A stretch of DNA of 62,897 bases, the filler included, from Rhabdomonas costata (taxonomy: Eukaryota): the NCBI GenBank assembly GCA_019059605.1. It is 50 parts of 50 records of this genome, joined end to end, with 100 filler letters (N's around TTAATTAATTAA, not from the genome) between each part and the next. Parts side by side here need not be neighbours in the genome. Positions count along the whole stretch, not along the records: positions 36,558 to 37,717 come from JAHMHO010025668.1; positions 37,818 to 38,978 come from JAHMHO010025669.1; positions 39,079 to 40,237 come from JAHMHO010025670.1; positions 40,338 to 41,497 come from JAHMHO010025671.1; positions 41,598 to 42,757 come from JAHMHO010025672.1; positions 42,858 to 44,017 come from JAHMHO010025673.1; positions 44,118 to 45,280 come from JAHMHO010025674.1; positions 45,381 to 46,540 come from JAHMHO010025675.1; 42 more parts are not named here. One strand, written 5' to 3'. The notes under the pieces were generated by a model. That model had not been told where the DNA came from. It was given only the letters and a program-made list of their open reading frames with translations, and did not search any database. Made by a program: the position numbers and the translations under genes. Each line of letters starts with the position of its first letter. Within the stretch, counting starts at the first letter, position 1. Below, one piece after another: positions 37,533 through 50,808 of the stretch.

Positions 37533-39369
37533 CTTTGAGAACAAAGCAAAGGGTGGTCGAGAGAAAGGTGTTTCCGGGAACATACACCACAAGCGTTCCA
37601 ACCTACCGCGCAACCCGGGGAGGACACTCCACCCCATTAATGGGTTGGCGATTTCGTTGAAATGTGGATTAGAACTAATTAACATATACTCTGGCACGGA
37701 TTTTTTCCCCCACACACNNNNNNNNNNNNNNNNNNNNNNNNNNNNNNNNNNNNNNNNNNNNTTAATTAATTAANNNNNNNNNNNNNNNNNNNNNNNNNNN
37801 NNNNNNNNNNNNNNNNNCCTCAGCCTCAACGCGTGGTGCTCATGGCACTTCTTCTCTTCATCCCCATGTTTGAACGCTTTTCTCTCCAATCATTCGTGTA
37901 TTTTCCATACTTATTCGCAGCCCTCCGCCGCCGCGGAGTTGTTTCGTTTTCCTCCTCTCTTTCTCACCATTCTCCGGCTCTCCCCCCTTCCTTCTTCCCC
38001 ATTACTCTTTCCTGTTTATCATCTTATGCACTCCTTACAGACTGTCGCCGCCCTCTTTTTGTCCCCTTCTTAGCAACCTCCGATTTCTCTCTCCCGTTTC
38101 ACTCAGTTTTGTCTTTTGCATCCCCCTTCACAACCTTTCGCGTTCCTTCTTGTCAATTGTCTGTTTGTTGCTGAACTCCGCTGCAAGAACTACTGTGCCT
38201 GTGCCGCAGTGCCGTATTTCTTTCCCGCCACACTCTACCTCCCTCTGGGTTTTGCGCCGGCTCTTTCGCCTCCGCGCTTCTCCCTTGCAACCTAATTACA
38301 ACGCACAACCAAAACAAGCACGAACAAAGGAAATCAAAGGCCAAACCCTTTGATCAGCCTCGTCAAGAATGTCTGCTTCTCCCCGCCGCACGGTGACCTC
38401 AGAAAAGCGGCGGAGAGCGCGCATTATGGCAATTAGGGTGGTGGGGTCAGCCAATGGAGTTGGGCGTGTGCTTTTTCGCCGGCTCAGTTACGCGAACAGT
38501 CGAAGAGCTTTTAGCCAAAGTGAACCAAGGGCTAAACCGAAGAGGGCCTGGGGTCTTTTGTATATACAACAGGCCTCGGGAAACGCTGCGTGGAGTGTCC
38601 TTGGGGTCACCTTTTTGGGGGTTGACCTTTCGTTTGTCGTACCCTTGGTGGCTCTTTAGTATCCCTTTTGCGCCGCTTCATGCCCTACGCAGTGGAGAGT
38701 TCACGACAGCACCCACAACATTTACACCTGTCTCTCACCCGATGCCAAACGGGGGCAAGGCAGTAGTAGTAGTAGTATCTTTAGTAGAGTTTGTCCCCGG
38801 TCTGGGGCGTAGAGAAGGGCGTTCCTGATGAGCTACCCTTTATTCGGCTCTAAATAGTCTGGGCACTGGTGTGCGGTTGCTCGCCTCAGAGTGACATCAG
38901 CTGGGGAGGGGCCTCCCCCCCCCCCCCCGCCGTCCCTCTCAGAGGGGAATCCCCTCTCTAGCTGGCGGGCCGCGGCGTNNNNNNNNNNNNNNNNNNNNNN
39001 NNNNNNNNNNNNNNNNNNNNNNTTAATTAATTAANNNNNNNNNNNNNNNNNNNNNNNNNNNNNNNNNNNNNNNNNNNNTTGGTGGGTGGGGGGCGTTTAT
39101 GACGTTCCCTGTACCTCTTGTCTGGGAATTTCTGTTCGGTGACTGATCCACTGCCACTGCCACTCGAATTCAGCGGCCTTACTTGGCGAGATCCCCTCGC
39201 GTTGATTCCACTTTGGGAAGCTGCCTAGTGCCGTTTGTTCTTGTCTTTGTGTCGATCTCTGTATGCCAACCTCTTTGCTAAATATTCTGGAGGAGTGGGG
39301 GGGGGGATGTCGGACGCATATATTTTGACTTCCTGGAAAGACTGCTCTTCTTGACCTTTTTCTTTTCAG

Positions 39370-40237
39370 GGGCGATGAATGCGATGGCGCACCGCGGGGT
39401 TCCCTCGGCGCAGAGCCGGGCCCTGCTGCAGCGGCTGTTTGTGTTCCAGGAGCGGACGTATGGGGTTTACGGGGTGATGCTGTGCAAGGGCGGGCGTTGG
39501 GAGTGGGTCGTGTTGGACGATTGGGTGGCAGTGCGGACGGCGGAGGGTGGGGCCCGGGCCCCACCGGTGCCCCAGTACGCTCGAGTGGGTCCCCCAGAGG
39601 AGCTGTGGCCCCTTCTGCTGGAGAAGGCCGTGGCAAAGGCAACGCAACGCACACCCAAACACACACATTTGCGAGTGGTGAAATGAAGAAATAGAACAAT
39701 CCTGCTCCAGTTGCCAGAGAGTGCCCTGATAATTCCCTACCAGTTGGGACCTATCTGAATTGTACAAGGTTGTCCGCCACTGTCATCCGGGTTGGAACCC
39801 TGTTTGTGCGGGCATGCTTTTTGTTGATGATGTTGTTCGCCGACATGTGGTGTTGCCACTCATCCCTGTGAACGAAGGTCAACATACATCCCCGTTCTCT
39901 CAGCACCCAACACTGACATCGGGTGAAACAAATGATACCCATGTTTTCGTTCCCGTTTTCATCCACAGGCGATGCGGAAATTCAAGATAACCAACCAAAG
40001 ACTCATCTTCCAGAGATCGGCTCTCCAAGCGATGGACAGGGTCTCTGGAAGTGCTTGCCCGGACTTTCTGCGGTCACCCATTACTAAAAAAAAAAACGCT
40101 GGTGTCCCTCACAGGTGCACGGTTGCTGGGACACAATTGATGGCGGCCGGCTGGAGGAAGCTCTGGAGGACTTCACGGGGGGATGGGTGGAGACCTATGA
40201 CCTCCGCAAGCCCGCCCCCTCTGGCCACACCACCCCC
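39370..40237 (+). CDS. Calpain-like CysPc domain; exons 39370-39638, 40115-contig end
   Basis: YGVYGVMLCKGGRWEWVVLDDW...ELWPLLLEKAVAK|VHGCWDTIDGGRLEEALEDFTGG; GC-AG intron 39639-40114. Confidence 0.9.
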
Positions 40238-43200
40238 NNNNNNNNNNNNNNNNNNNNNNNNNNNNNNNNNNNNNNNNNNNNTTAATTAATTAANNNNNNN
40301 NNNNNNNNNNNNNNNNNNNNNNNNNNNNNNNNNNNNNGGGGGGGTGTGGTGTGAGATAATTACAAGCCGAGAGCAGCGTTATCTTGTCAAAAAGTATGCT
40401 TATATAGAACTTTGTGACAAGATAACGCTGCTCTCGGCTTGTAATTATCTCAGACCAACAGTCTCCAAATGGCGCGTCGATTGATACAGGCTATCAACTA
40501 CCGCATAGGGCTATCCAGATCGACCCCGCTCGAAGACGCCGCAAAAAACGGCAAGACACTGCAAAGACGTAATGTTGTAGTGCTCCTCAGCATTAGGAAC
40601 TACCATCGCTTTTCATCTTGGAGAAGGGCTATTTTGACCGAATTTCGACCGATTAATGACCTAGGATTTCATTTTCAAATCCACTAGCGCGTATTTAAAG
40701 CTCTTACGGTATTGGTTGCCTGGCACGGTTTAACTTGTCATTCTAGACGTTTGAGCCTGCGTTGGGCGCCTTGGATTTTGTTGAAGACCAAGCACTGATC
40801 AATGAAGGATGATAATTGAAGTAATTCCTCTATCCAACCTCATGACTGTTCTACTGTTCGCAGAACGAATTTTAGAGGAGGTGCGGCATCCGTCTCTTGT
40901 TTTCTTTGTTTGCGCGCGCCTCTCCAATAAGTTTTTGGGTAGTTTCTTGCTTAGATTCGTGTCTTCTTTCCCAATCCACTTCCGCATTAGGCGCTTGTCC
41001 CTTTGCCTTTGGGGGGTGCTGTGTAAAGCGCTTTCTGTCAACAGCCTCTCGTTTTTTGAATTTTCCGTTTGTATAATTTGCCGCCCCCCATGCCTAGATT
41101 TCCAACGCTAATCAAAACGGCGGGCGCTCCAGATGCTTTTTTGGGGTATTTGTTTTTCGCTGGACAAAGCGTACACGCGAGCAACTTGGCGCAACTAGGC
41201 GAGTTGATTTCTCTTATTCTTTGTGGAGCTTTTGGTGCTTTTTAGTGCTGTATAGACAAATGTATTGATTATAACGGGAGACGCAAGAGAAGCAAGCCGA
41301 AGCGCCATTAAATGAGAAGAATACAGCGGAACACGAAATAGGATGTCATACGAAAAATATGGACATAAACGCAAGCAACAAAATCATCACCCCACCTTAA
41401 TTGTGGTCGACAAATACACTCTGAAATATGGTAGTTTCAATTAGTATCCTCACTCTACATGCATGCGACTTCACGGTGCAAATAAAAACAAACAACANNN
41501 NNNNNNNNNNNNNNNNNNNNNNNNNNNNNNNNNNNNNNNNNTTAATTAATTAANNNNNNNNNNNNNNNNNNNNNNNNNNNNNNNNNNNNNNNNNNNNTGC
41601 TCTCTGCGGCTCAGGACAGCATGTCTGTCCAAACCCCATGCAACAGCACACTTGATCCTTGTTTTAATGCCCCAGACCCGGAGTCTTCATTTATATTCAA
41701 AAATGTGTGTCAAAAAATTAACATTAAACCGTGCAAATTATGCCCCATAGCAAAAAGAAAATCATGCAAAAATGGCTTGTAAAATCAAGCCTAGATTCAA
41801 TGAAGCAGAAAACTGCATCCAAAATTCAAAAATTCTCATCCGGGATTTTCCTGCCATGTCTGGTGGTTTCTTTCTAATCGCGGGGGCATTATGTTTTCTC
41901 GCCAAAAAAAAAGCCGATTCCTGCCGTCGCGGCTGCCGTCTCCTCCGACGCGGTGACCTCTGCTGTTACCTCCGAGCACGCCACCTTCGCGGTGCTGGAG
42001 GTTCCCCCATATTCTTCGGTCTGAACACCCCTCCCCTTCCCACACCGACTACGTATTTTTGCAAGGCCATATATACTGTGGGCCGGCGCCATCTCAAGAG
42101 CTTGTGGTCCACAAAGAACCGGCCAAAACCACCTTTTTTTTTCGCGAGGTCGAAAGATATACTGTTCGTTTCGTTGACTTGTGGTCTCGAATATCGAGCA
42201 TTGGGGGTCGAAAGTTCTCACTAATAAGCTCCTTTTTGGGGTCCGGTCTACTGTATCGGGAGGGAGCGTAAGCGGTATAACGCCGGTATGTGGTATAACG
42301 GCCGTCAATCGGTATAACGCCGTTATAAGGTAAAACGCCGTTATACGACGAGAGACGAAACTATATCCCGGGGCCCCGGTCCACCTAGACACTAGTGTGC
42401 CTGCTTCGGTTTGAGATGTATCCCCACGAACTATTGAAATCTACCCCTGGGAACCTCCCCGCCTCAGCCGCCCGCTCCGGCCGCGCCGCGGGCTGGCCTC
42501 CAAAACTTTTTGTTGGGTAAAGCCCAGCAAGGAATGAGTTCCCTACCACTACTGACCAACGTGAAAGACAACGGAATGGCCAATAATCTTTTTTTCATAT
42601 ACCGCCCCTTGACCGTACAACGTCCCCCCCCCCCGAGGAAAAAATAGCCCGGGTCGCCTTTTTGAGGCGGAGTGCACACGCCCGAAGAAAGCATTTTTCG
42701 GAAAGTTTGAGCGGTTCTTCCTGAAAAATGCTTTCTTCGGGCGTGTGCACTCCCCCANNNNNNNNNNNNNNNNNNNNNNNNNNNNNNNNNNNNNNNNNNN
42801 NTTAATTAATTAANNNNNNNNNNNNNNNNNNNNNNNNNNNNNNNNNNNNNNNNNNNNGTGTGTGTGGTTGAGACCTTGGCGGCGGTTGGGCACATTCATG
42901 CCCCGGGGCAGGGAAACCGATGGGGGGACAGTGGTCACCACCCCGTCGCAGCCAACCGCTACTCCCTCGTGCTGCACCCCACACGAAGTACAAAAGCAGA
43001 TGTCCATCGAGGACCAAAAAAGGCAGGTGCAACCTTGCGACTGGAACGCTGGAACTCTCGAAGCTTGGTAACGAGATGTCATGATTCATCAACTACAGGC
43101 AGGTGTAATAGTGGGACACTTGGCTCACGCTGACAAGCCTGGGAGCAATATCAGATCACTCATAAACCCCGCAAAAACTCTAAATAACGAAGCTCAGCCG

Positions 43201-43619
43201 TGCACGCCTCTGAATGGTGGGAGGGAGTACAAACAAAGACCCAGCTTGGATTCAGAGGTTGACCGGAGTGATTGTTGCCACTGCTGAGACAAACACTGCA
43301 CCGGGCCCCAAGCGGTCCTGAGAATTTGATTACCCGGCACAACCGAAGATTTGAAGATGCAGTCTCCAGCAGTGTTTGCTTCTGACCGCTCATTATGAGG
43401 AGCGAGGGGCGAATGGCATCTTTCTGGGTCGCTCCTATAAGGCCTTTCTTAAGAATCCCTTTGGTAGAGGACTTCTCCTAGCTCAGACTGATCATGTAGC
43501 CAACGCTCCAAAAAGCGTTCAGTTCAGTTACCAATTTACCCACGGATTTCAGGTTTTTTTTTCTGAAAAAAAATAAGAAAAAAGGCCAAATTTTGGCTCC
43601 GTTCACACGGGCACAGCAC

Positions 43620-43810
43620 CTTTAGGGTGAGATGGAGAAGGGTGAGCAGGATCTGCGTCCCCACGGCACCGCCATCGGTGCCGTTGAGGTACGCCGTTTG
43701 TGTCACGGAGCGCAGCGCGGAGGGGGCGACGATGGGTACGATGTGGTCCACGGCGGACGCCGGCCACACCCCTGGCGAGTCGTCCAGCACCACCGTGTGC
43801 CACAGCGTAC
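43620..43810 (-). CDS. Internal exon, hypothetical protein
   Basis: TLWHTVVLDDSPGVWPASAVDHIVPIVAP...LHLTLK between CCACAG acceptor and GTGCTG donor. Confidence 0.4.
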
Positions 43811-46800
43811 CTGTGGCAGTGCCAGCGACGAGCGGTGTTTGAACACCAGATTTTCCAACTTTACAATTTCAGCCCGCATCTTTCCCAAATATTGCGAAAA
43901 AATTTCAAATTGGCCCCGTTTCCAAAAAAAAAAAACCCGGAGAAAAGAGAGGCGAAAGAATACGAAGCTAGTTTTCGTAGCCCAAAGTCCGCATTTAAGA
44001 GGAAGTGCACACACAAANNNNNNNNNNNNNNNNNNNNNNNNNNNNNNNNNNNNNNNNNNNNTTAATTAATTAANNNNNNNNNNNNNNNNNNNNNNNNNNN
44101 NNNNNNNNNNNNNNNNNGTTTTTGTGCCCTCTTTTGTAGGGTACGGGTTTTGTGGGGTTGTGCGTTGTACCGTTTTGCCCCAGGAACGGTGTTGTGGGGA
44201 GAACTGTGGGGGAGCCTGCGGGTGACCGTCCAGTGTCCCGCTGAGTTCCCAGAGAGAAGGGGTTGAGTAGGGCTCACCTCCGTCCCCTCTCTCTTGCGCT
44301 GACAGTTGCGACTCCTATTTGCTGTTATCATCCTTGTTGCGTATGGCTGGCGCCGATGTTGAGCCGCTGGTCTGGCCTAGCCTGCCCCCCCCCCCCTCCC
44401 CCCAGAAGCGGCCTTTTTCCATATGGACATCTTTGATTGATTGCGGATTTGGGGGGCGGTTCGGTTCACATCAGGTGGTGAGGTTGGGTGTTGAGAGGTT
44501 CTGGGGTTTAACGGTTTGAGGCCGATGTTGTTTACGTCAGTTGATAGTATGGCCCAGCTGCAGGAACCCTAAATATTTTTAGGTGTGGTGAGGTGGAAAG
44601 ACCGAACTCTTGGCGTTTGTGGATCTACTGGGGCCGAGTACCGCTGTGAGGCTGTGGCCAGCGGCTCAGGCCATCAACCACAGCCTTTCCCGTTGCCACA
44701 TATGCATTCACACTCCCACACTCAGACTTACCATTCGCACTTTCCCTCTTCCTTTGAGGAGGGAAGGAATCGCACATCGGACAGCAGCTATCCGCTGGGA
44801 GCTCCTCCTCCGAGGGCATCCAGAGAGTGCCTGCCTCCCACTTCCCCACCACCGCTGCGGTAGATTAGCCTCTGCGAGTTTCTGTGTTGCTGGGGCTCTG
44901 TGTGCTTGTAGAACGCCAGGCTCGCCCGTGAGTTTTGCCTTCACGTTTCCTCTGTTGGAAGGGGCCTGTCACGACAGTGGGCGAGCCCGATGGGTTTTTT
45001 GTCTTTCGCGCTGTGTTTCTTGTCAAATGTTGGGCTTTGACGGTAGTTTTTTCATTTGGCGCGCTGGTCCTCGCACTTGCCCACGCACACTCTTGGGACT
45101 GTGTGTCGCAGGTGACGAGCGGAGTGCATGGTCTTCTTTTCCTGACAGGAACCCTTTGCTATGGTTGCTGCCATGGAGAAGGGCTAATAGTCCCTGCCCG
45201 TTGCGATGGACACATATGTATCATGCCCTTTGTTGCCTTGATGGGAGAACCCCTCCCCTCCCTTCCTGGCCCCCCCAACCNNNNNNNNNNNNNNNNNNNN
45301 NNNNNNNNNNNNNNNNNNNNNNNNTTAATTAATTAANNNNNNNNNNNNNNNNNNNNNNNNNNNNNNNNNNNNNNNNNNNNATTGGGAGGAAAAGAAAGGG
45401 CCTTCATGGCCATGATACTGATGTCAAGGGTGATTTCCGCGGTCTTTTTGAGAGGTCCAACGGCCCGTCATTTTTAGTTATGCCAATGATATTATAGTAT
45501 AATTTCACCCCTTTATCCAGCCTTCACCAAGGAAAGAACCATTGCTTGGACACCACCTCCATCTCTGGTGCATGCCTGCATGCATCGCGTGAGTTCCTCC
45601 TCGTGTTGCTTTGCGTGAATTGTCTGCTTCTCGGCGTCTCCTTTTGGTCCCACACCGTTTGTTGGGTGGTGGTGGGCTCCGACTTTGAGTGGGAGGAGCT
45701 CCGGGCGTGCATTCACGTTGCAGGTTTGCGAGTTCCAGCTCCGCTGTAAAAGTGAGTGTTGCAGAACCGTACCATCAACCCGACATACTAACCAGACACC
45801 GAGCTTACACACACACACAAGGATGGAGAGGAAGGAAACTGGCTTCTCCTCTTGCCGTTTTGTGTTTGCCGGTGCATTGGTGTGCACCTCGTTGTCAGGT
45901 GCACACGGTGTGGTGTGCTTGTATGTCTCAATGCATTTCTGCGCGCAAAGCATCGTGGGGTGCGGGGGACTTTGCCACGACGAGGCCTATCCCCGTGCTC
46001 GTCCTGAGGCCGCGCGGTGGATGTTTCCGTTCTCCATGGAGTGGCCCCCCACCCCACCCGTGCACCTTGGATTTCATTGGGATGTCTGATGTTGAGAAAG
46101 GTGGGTTGTGAGTTTGAGGTGCCAAATGATGAGTTTTATGTGTTTAAGATGAGATCGGGTAACATATGACCCAATGGATTTGCCTACCTTTTGTCAATAA
46201 CAGGGTCGGGGGTTTGTCTGGCCCCATCTTGCTTCGAGTGCGAGAGTGGGAGGTGCGCAGGGCGCGCCCCCTCTGGCTTTGTATAACTATACTCTCGTTT
46301 CTCCGCCTGGGTCGTTATTTTTTGTATGGCGCTTTCGTTGCGCCTGGATTGGTGCGGTGCGGTGCGGTGCGGTGCGGTGCGGTGCTATCTGCTGCGTGGT
46401 GAGGGGCGTCCTACATTTTTCCCTCGTGTCGCTTATGGACTTGTTACGGGCTCCCAATTTCCCGTTTTGTCATTAGACCTCGAAGGCAATGTTTTTGTTT
46501 GGTTGGGAGCACTTCCCGCGTCCGCACCGCACCAACCCAANNNNNNNNNNNNNNNNNNNNNNNNNNNNNNNNNNNNNNNNNNNNTTAATTAATTAANNNN
46601 NNNNNNNNNNNNNNNNNNNNNNNNNNNNNNNNNNNNNNNNTGTTGGGGGGGGCGAGAGGGTGAACCTCGACCCGGCGAGCGGTTCCGGCCTGTGACAACA
46701 CGAGGAAGCATATGAAAGGAAGCGATGGGGTATCACAGAGATGTGAGGCGGGCACATTTCAACATAAATAGCCACAATAAATGTTGAGTAGATGAAGCAG

Positions 46801-47292
46801 ATGAGTAATCCATTTTGCTTTCCTCCTTTCCCTTTCAACAGCGCTGTTGCAGTAGAAGACCTCCAGATCTTGGGGGTCACCAATGCCTTTACGCGCCAGA
46901 AGAACCCTGGAAAATCACAACCAGTGCGTCCTGCTTTGTCGTGAACAGATCGAGGATACACCAAGAGACCAAAACAGGAGAAGCTCCTCTGCTGAAGAGT
47001 GGTGGCGCGGGAGGTTGGGGTCTCGCCACAGACGGATCCTTGATGGGTGATACTCTCTCAGTTAAGGGGTGAAGAAGGTCTCATCTTCGATTCAGCTTTG
47101 TGGTGGGCATGGCGTGTTGTAGCCTCTGGTGGACAGTGGCATCCTATGGGTTGATTTGTCCCAGTCATGCACGAGTGTCTGTGCTTGCGTACATGGACGG
47201 CCGAAGTGAGTTCAATTGTCTCAACCCATAACAGGGGTCGTGCATAGAGACATGTCGAAAAGGCGTCACGAAGGCGTAGGGGGAAAACTCAC

Positions 47293-47401
47293 CTCGGTCG
47301 CTGTAACGGTCATAACTTCGGCTGCGGCGGGGGGAGCTCCGGGTGTCGCTGTAGCGGTCCCTGTCCGAGAACCGGTCGCGATCCCTTGGGGTGCCCCGGA
47401 G
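47293..47401 (-). CDS. RS/RD-rich exon (SR-like protein)
   Basis: LRGTPRDRDRFSDRDRYSDTRSSPRRSRSYDRYSDR; CACAG acceptor, GTGAGT donor. Confidence 0.55.
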
Positions 47402-47900
47402 CTGTGCAACGAGCAGCTGTTGTGCCCTCCGGCGGCCCGCGGCATCCGCGGAGCAGATCAGGAGCTTCTCACGGCCTCCGGACTCAAGGGCCTACACCCC
47501 GCCCCACCACACACTGACCTGGGTGTGAAGGAGGACGCTGCTAAGGACACTTTCAGGCACCGAAATCGGCCCACATATTTAGTCTTGCACTGCAGCACTC
47601 GAAGCTCCATTTAGCATTGCTGAAGCCCGTCAGCTTCTGTTTGGCGATGTTTTTCTTGCTGCTGTATGCTTTATCAGAAAGCAGTGATGTACACTGTTTC
47701 CCAATCTTGAGCCAATTTTGAGGAATACGAAAGCAACCACTGCTTTGGCCCCAGCTTTCCTGCAAACCAGTTAGCCAACCACCCTCCCTGTTTCACCAGC
47801 NNNNNNNNNNNNNNNNNNNNNNNNNNNNNNNNNNNNNNNNNNNNTTAATTAATTAANNNNNNNNNNNNNNNNNNNNNNNNNNNNNNNNNNNNNNNNNNNN

Positions 47901-48623
47901 GTGGGGGTTGGGGCCATGACCCCCACCGGTGCTCCCCGCCAGCGAGCCACTTCGCGAGGGTCCGCTTTCCGAGCCCACCGCATTGGCCCCGGTGGCCCCG
48001 GGTAGGTTCCGGGCACTGGTGCACACCGTGCTGCTGCTGCTGTAGGGCTGCTCCAACCCCCCAAAACCCCCGGTGTCCTCACGGAGGAGGTATGTGGGGA
48101 TGCTGCCCTTGCCCTTCACCCGAGTCTCCAGGGGCCCGTCAAGAATATACCTAGTGCTGGACCTCTCCAGAACCCGGGCAAATTCCGCGGAGACCCGCAC
48201 GGCACTGTCCGCGCTGCAAGTCTGCACCAGCCGGGAGGCCAGGTTGACGGTGTCCCCAAAGGCGTCATACAGCACCCGGTTGTGCGAGCCCACCACGGCA
48301 AACACGGCGGGGCCGTAGCTCACCCCGACCCGCACAGAGAGGGCCAGGTCGTGGGCCCCGGGAATCGCAGCCAGGGCGGCGGCATGGGTTATAGGGAAGG
48401 CCCGCACCATGGTGCCAATGTGCACCGCCAGGGCGGCGGTGCTGAGCACAGGGCGGGTGTGGGGGTCCAGACCTCCGGCCACCATGTATACGGTGCCTAT
48501 ATTCTTGATCTTCTCAATCCCGCTGCACCGCCCGACGTATTCATCCAGGTCGGTGTAAAACAGGTTCAGCACGGTGAAGAACTCGCTGGGGGACAGCGCG
48601 CTGGAGGCCTCCAGTCCGTCCAA
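47901..48623 (-). CDS. Class III adenylate cyclase domain, C2-like half
   Basis: IEKIKNIGTVYMVAGGL, VRVGVSYGP, YDAFGDTVNLASRL and VKGKG motifs; TTCCAG acceptor. Confidence 0.9.
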
Positions 48624-49793
48624 CTGGAAGCGAGACGGGACGGAATGGAAGGCCACCCATTCTCCACTAATATTCGCACTTCACGATGCACTGAACGCGC
48701 AGCATGAAACCACGATGAGTGGTGTGGGTCTGTCTGTTCCCCTTCCTCGGCGTCATTCACGCCGTGAGTAGCGTTCGCTGTTCATGACGAGGAGGGGGGG
48801 GGGGGAAACGGACAAAGCTCCGAGGAACTGCATGTGGTGATTTTACGCTGCACCACCTCTGACAGCAAAGCTGCACTCATTTTTCGGAAAGTTTTCTTGC
48901 CGTTTTCTCGAGGTCTGACCCTTGCTTTCGAAAAAGCAGGAGGAGCACATCCACAAAACTGAGCACAACACGGACATTCGGGTTCGGGAAAACAACCTAG
49001 CACGTTCCTGAAAAGGAGAAACAGCCACGGAAACAGAACTGAGAACAGGGAAAAAACAACNNNNNNNNNNNNNNNNNNNNNNNNNNNNNNNNNNNNNNNN
49101 NNNNTTAATTAATTAANNNNNNNNNNNNNNNNNNNNNNNNNNNNNNNNNNNNNNNNNNNNGTGGTGCACGGCTTTGCCCGGACAATGTTTACCTCCTGCA
49201 GCCAGCGGATCATGTTATGTGGGGTGTCCACATCCTGTGCAGTCCAGGACATTTTTTTCGTGCTGAAAAACACTGTGTGCAAGATAATGGTAATGGGGAG
49301 GGGGGGGCATAGCCGCCGTCCTCATACAGAGGTGGTGGGCATAGCCGGATAATCGCCATTTGGAAACAATGCAAACAAAAACTCAGCCCGGAGGCATCAG
49401 CTTTCAATACAGAAGGTTAGGATACCAAGCCTTGTGTTTGATTGCGAGCTATTCGTATCCATCACGAAACAAAAATTGCGTGTGTGTGCGCTACTGAGGA
49501 TTTCATCGACCTCCACATTGACAGGCCTGGGCTGATGCTCCGGACCGGCTCGAAGGTAGCACTGCCAAAAATTCGGCCGGGCCTGCCGTTCCCATCGATT
49601 TTTTGAAGAGAAAAACTCTCAAGTTAGGCATGCTGTGCGCCCACATCACTCAGATTTTCCTCCTATACACGGACACTTCTTTGCGATATCTGCTAGTAAA
49701 ACTGTGCGCTATTATACGTTTGCACCTACCTTCCTTTTGCGAAGGAAAGAATTGCGATTGTTTTTTTTGTGTGCACCTTTTTTTTCCCATAAG

Positions 49794-49936
49794 ATGCCCA
49801 CGGTGCATGCCCGAGCCTGCCCCTCCTTTGAGCTGGCCGTGCACGTGGCGGATCGTGTGCTGGGTGACGGCCACCCCACCACGGCGGCGATGTTCAGGCC
49901 CATCGCCAGCACGTTGACCACATTGGCCCGGCTGAG
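49794..49936 (+). CDS. Exon, TPR (kinesin-light-chain-like) repeat protein
   Basis: FELAVHVADRVLGDGHPTTA resembles the RVLGxxHPxT TPR linker; 3' boundary uncertain. Confidence 0.4.
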
Positions 49937-50808
49937 GCATGGGCTCAGCACCAGCGACAGCCCCCCGCCCAGGGAGGCCTTCACCATGGAGAACCGCGCC
50001 CCTCGGAGTGGCCGGGGGCTGTCCTCAGGCTCAGACTGGACCCCCGTTGTGGCGAGCGCGTGGGAGGGGGGAAGACGAAGGAGAGGAGAGAAGCTGAAGG
50101 AACGGGATGCCTCGGAGAGAAGGAGACAAAAGCAAAGGGGAAAACACAAAGACAGGCTGGGTTTCGCTGGGGAGAGGGTGCGACGTATCTCCCCCCGCCC
50201 CCTTCCCAACCCAGACTTGCACACTGATATTGCACGGTGTAGCTGGAACCTGACGTTGGGTGGGTTGCGGCTGCGAAGCAAAGTCTCAGTTGGGTGCAAG
50301 TTGAAGAGTGACCACTTGAGNNNNNNNNNNNNNNNNNNNNNNNNNNNNNNNNNNNNNNNNNNNNTTAATTAATTAANNNNNNNNNNNNNNNNNNNNNNNN
50401 NNNNNNNNNNNNNNNNNNNNGTGGTTTTTGTCAGTAGGGGACGGCACCAGCTGCTTGCAAAAGATATTGTATGCTTCGCAGCACGTGGCTTGACGCTTGG
50501 TCCCTTTGGCCTACTTTTTGCTACTTCGTCCTTCGCTCTTGGCCTAGCCGGCTGTAACCTCCGCGATTTCTCCGTCATCAGTCAGAGGCCAGACTCCGTG
50601 TCTCAGTGTCTTGGAAGGAGTGCGTTGCGCCTCAAAAGCGTAGACTTCAGCGAGTTTTTCCCTCCCCAAGAAGTTTTTCCCTCCCCCGGCTAGGACAGGC
50701 CATATTTGAAGCACGCTCCATAATGAGGTGCCAAAGCAAGTGAAAAGGTCTTTTTGCGTTGTCTTCCAGTATCCCAGCACTAGCAGTCTTTACTCCGAAC
50801 TATACACA

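Noticed and set aside
40469..41150. AT-richer contig with short ORFs (viral or TE origin?)
   Set aside because: No recognisable motif in any frame.
49245..49262. TTTTTTTCG resembling the 3' end of a euglenid spliced-leader exon
   Set aside because: No further recognisable SL similarity, GT donor or Sm site; T-runs are common here.
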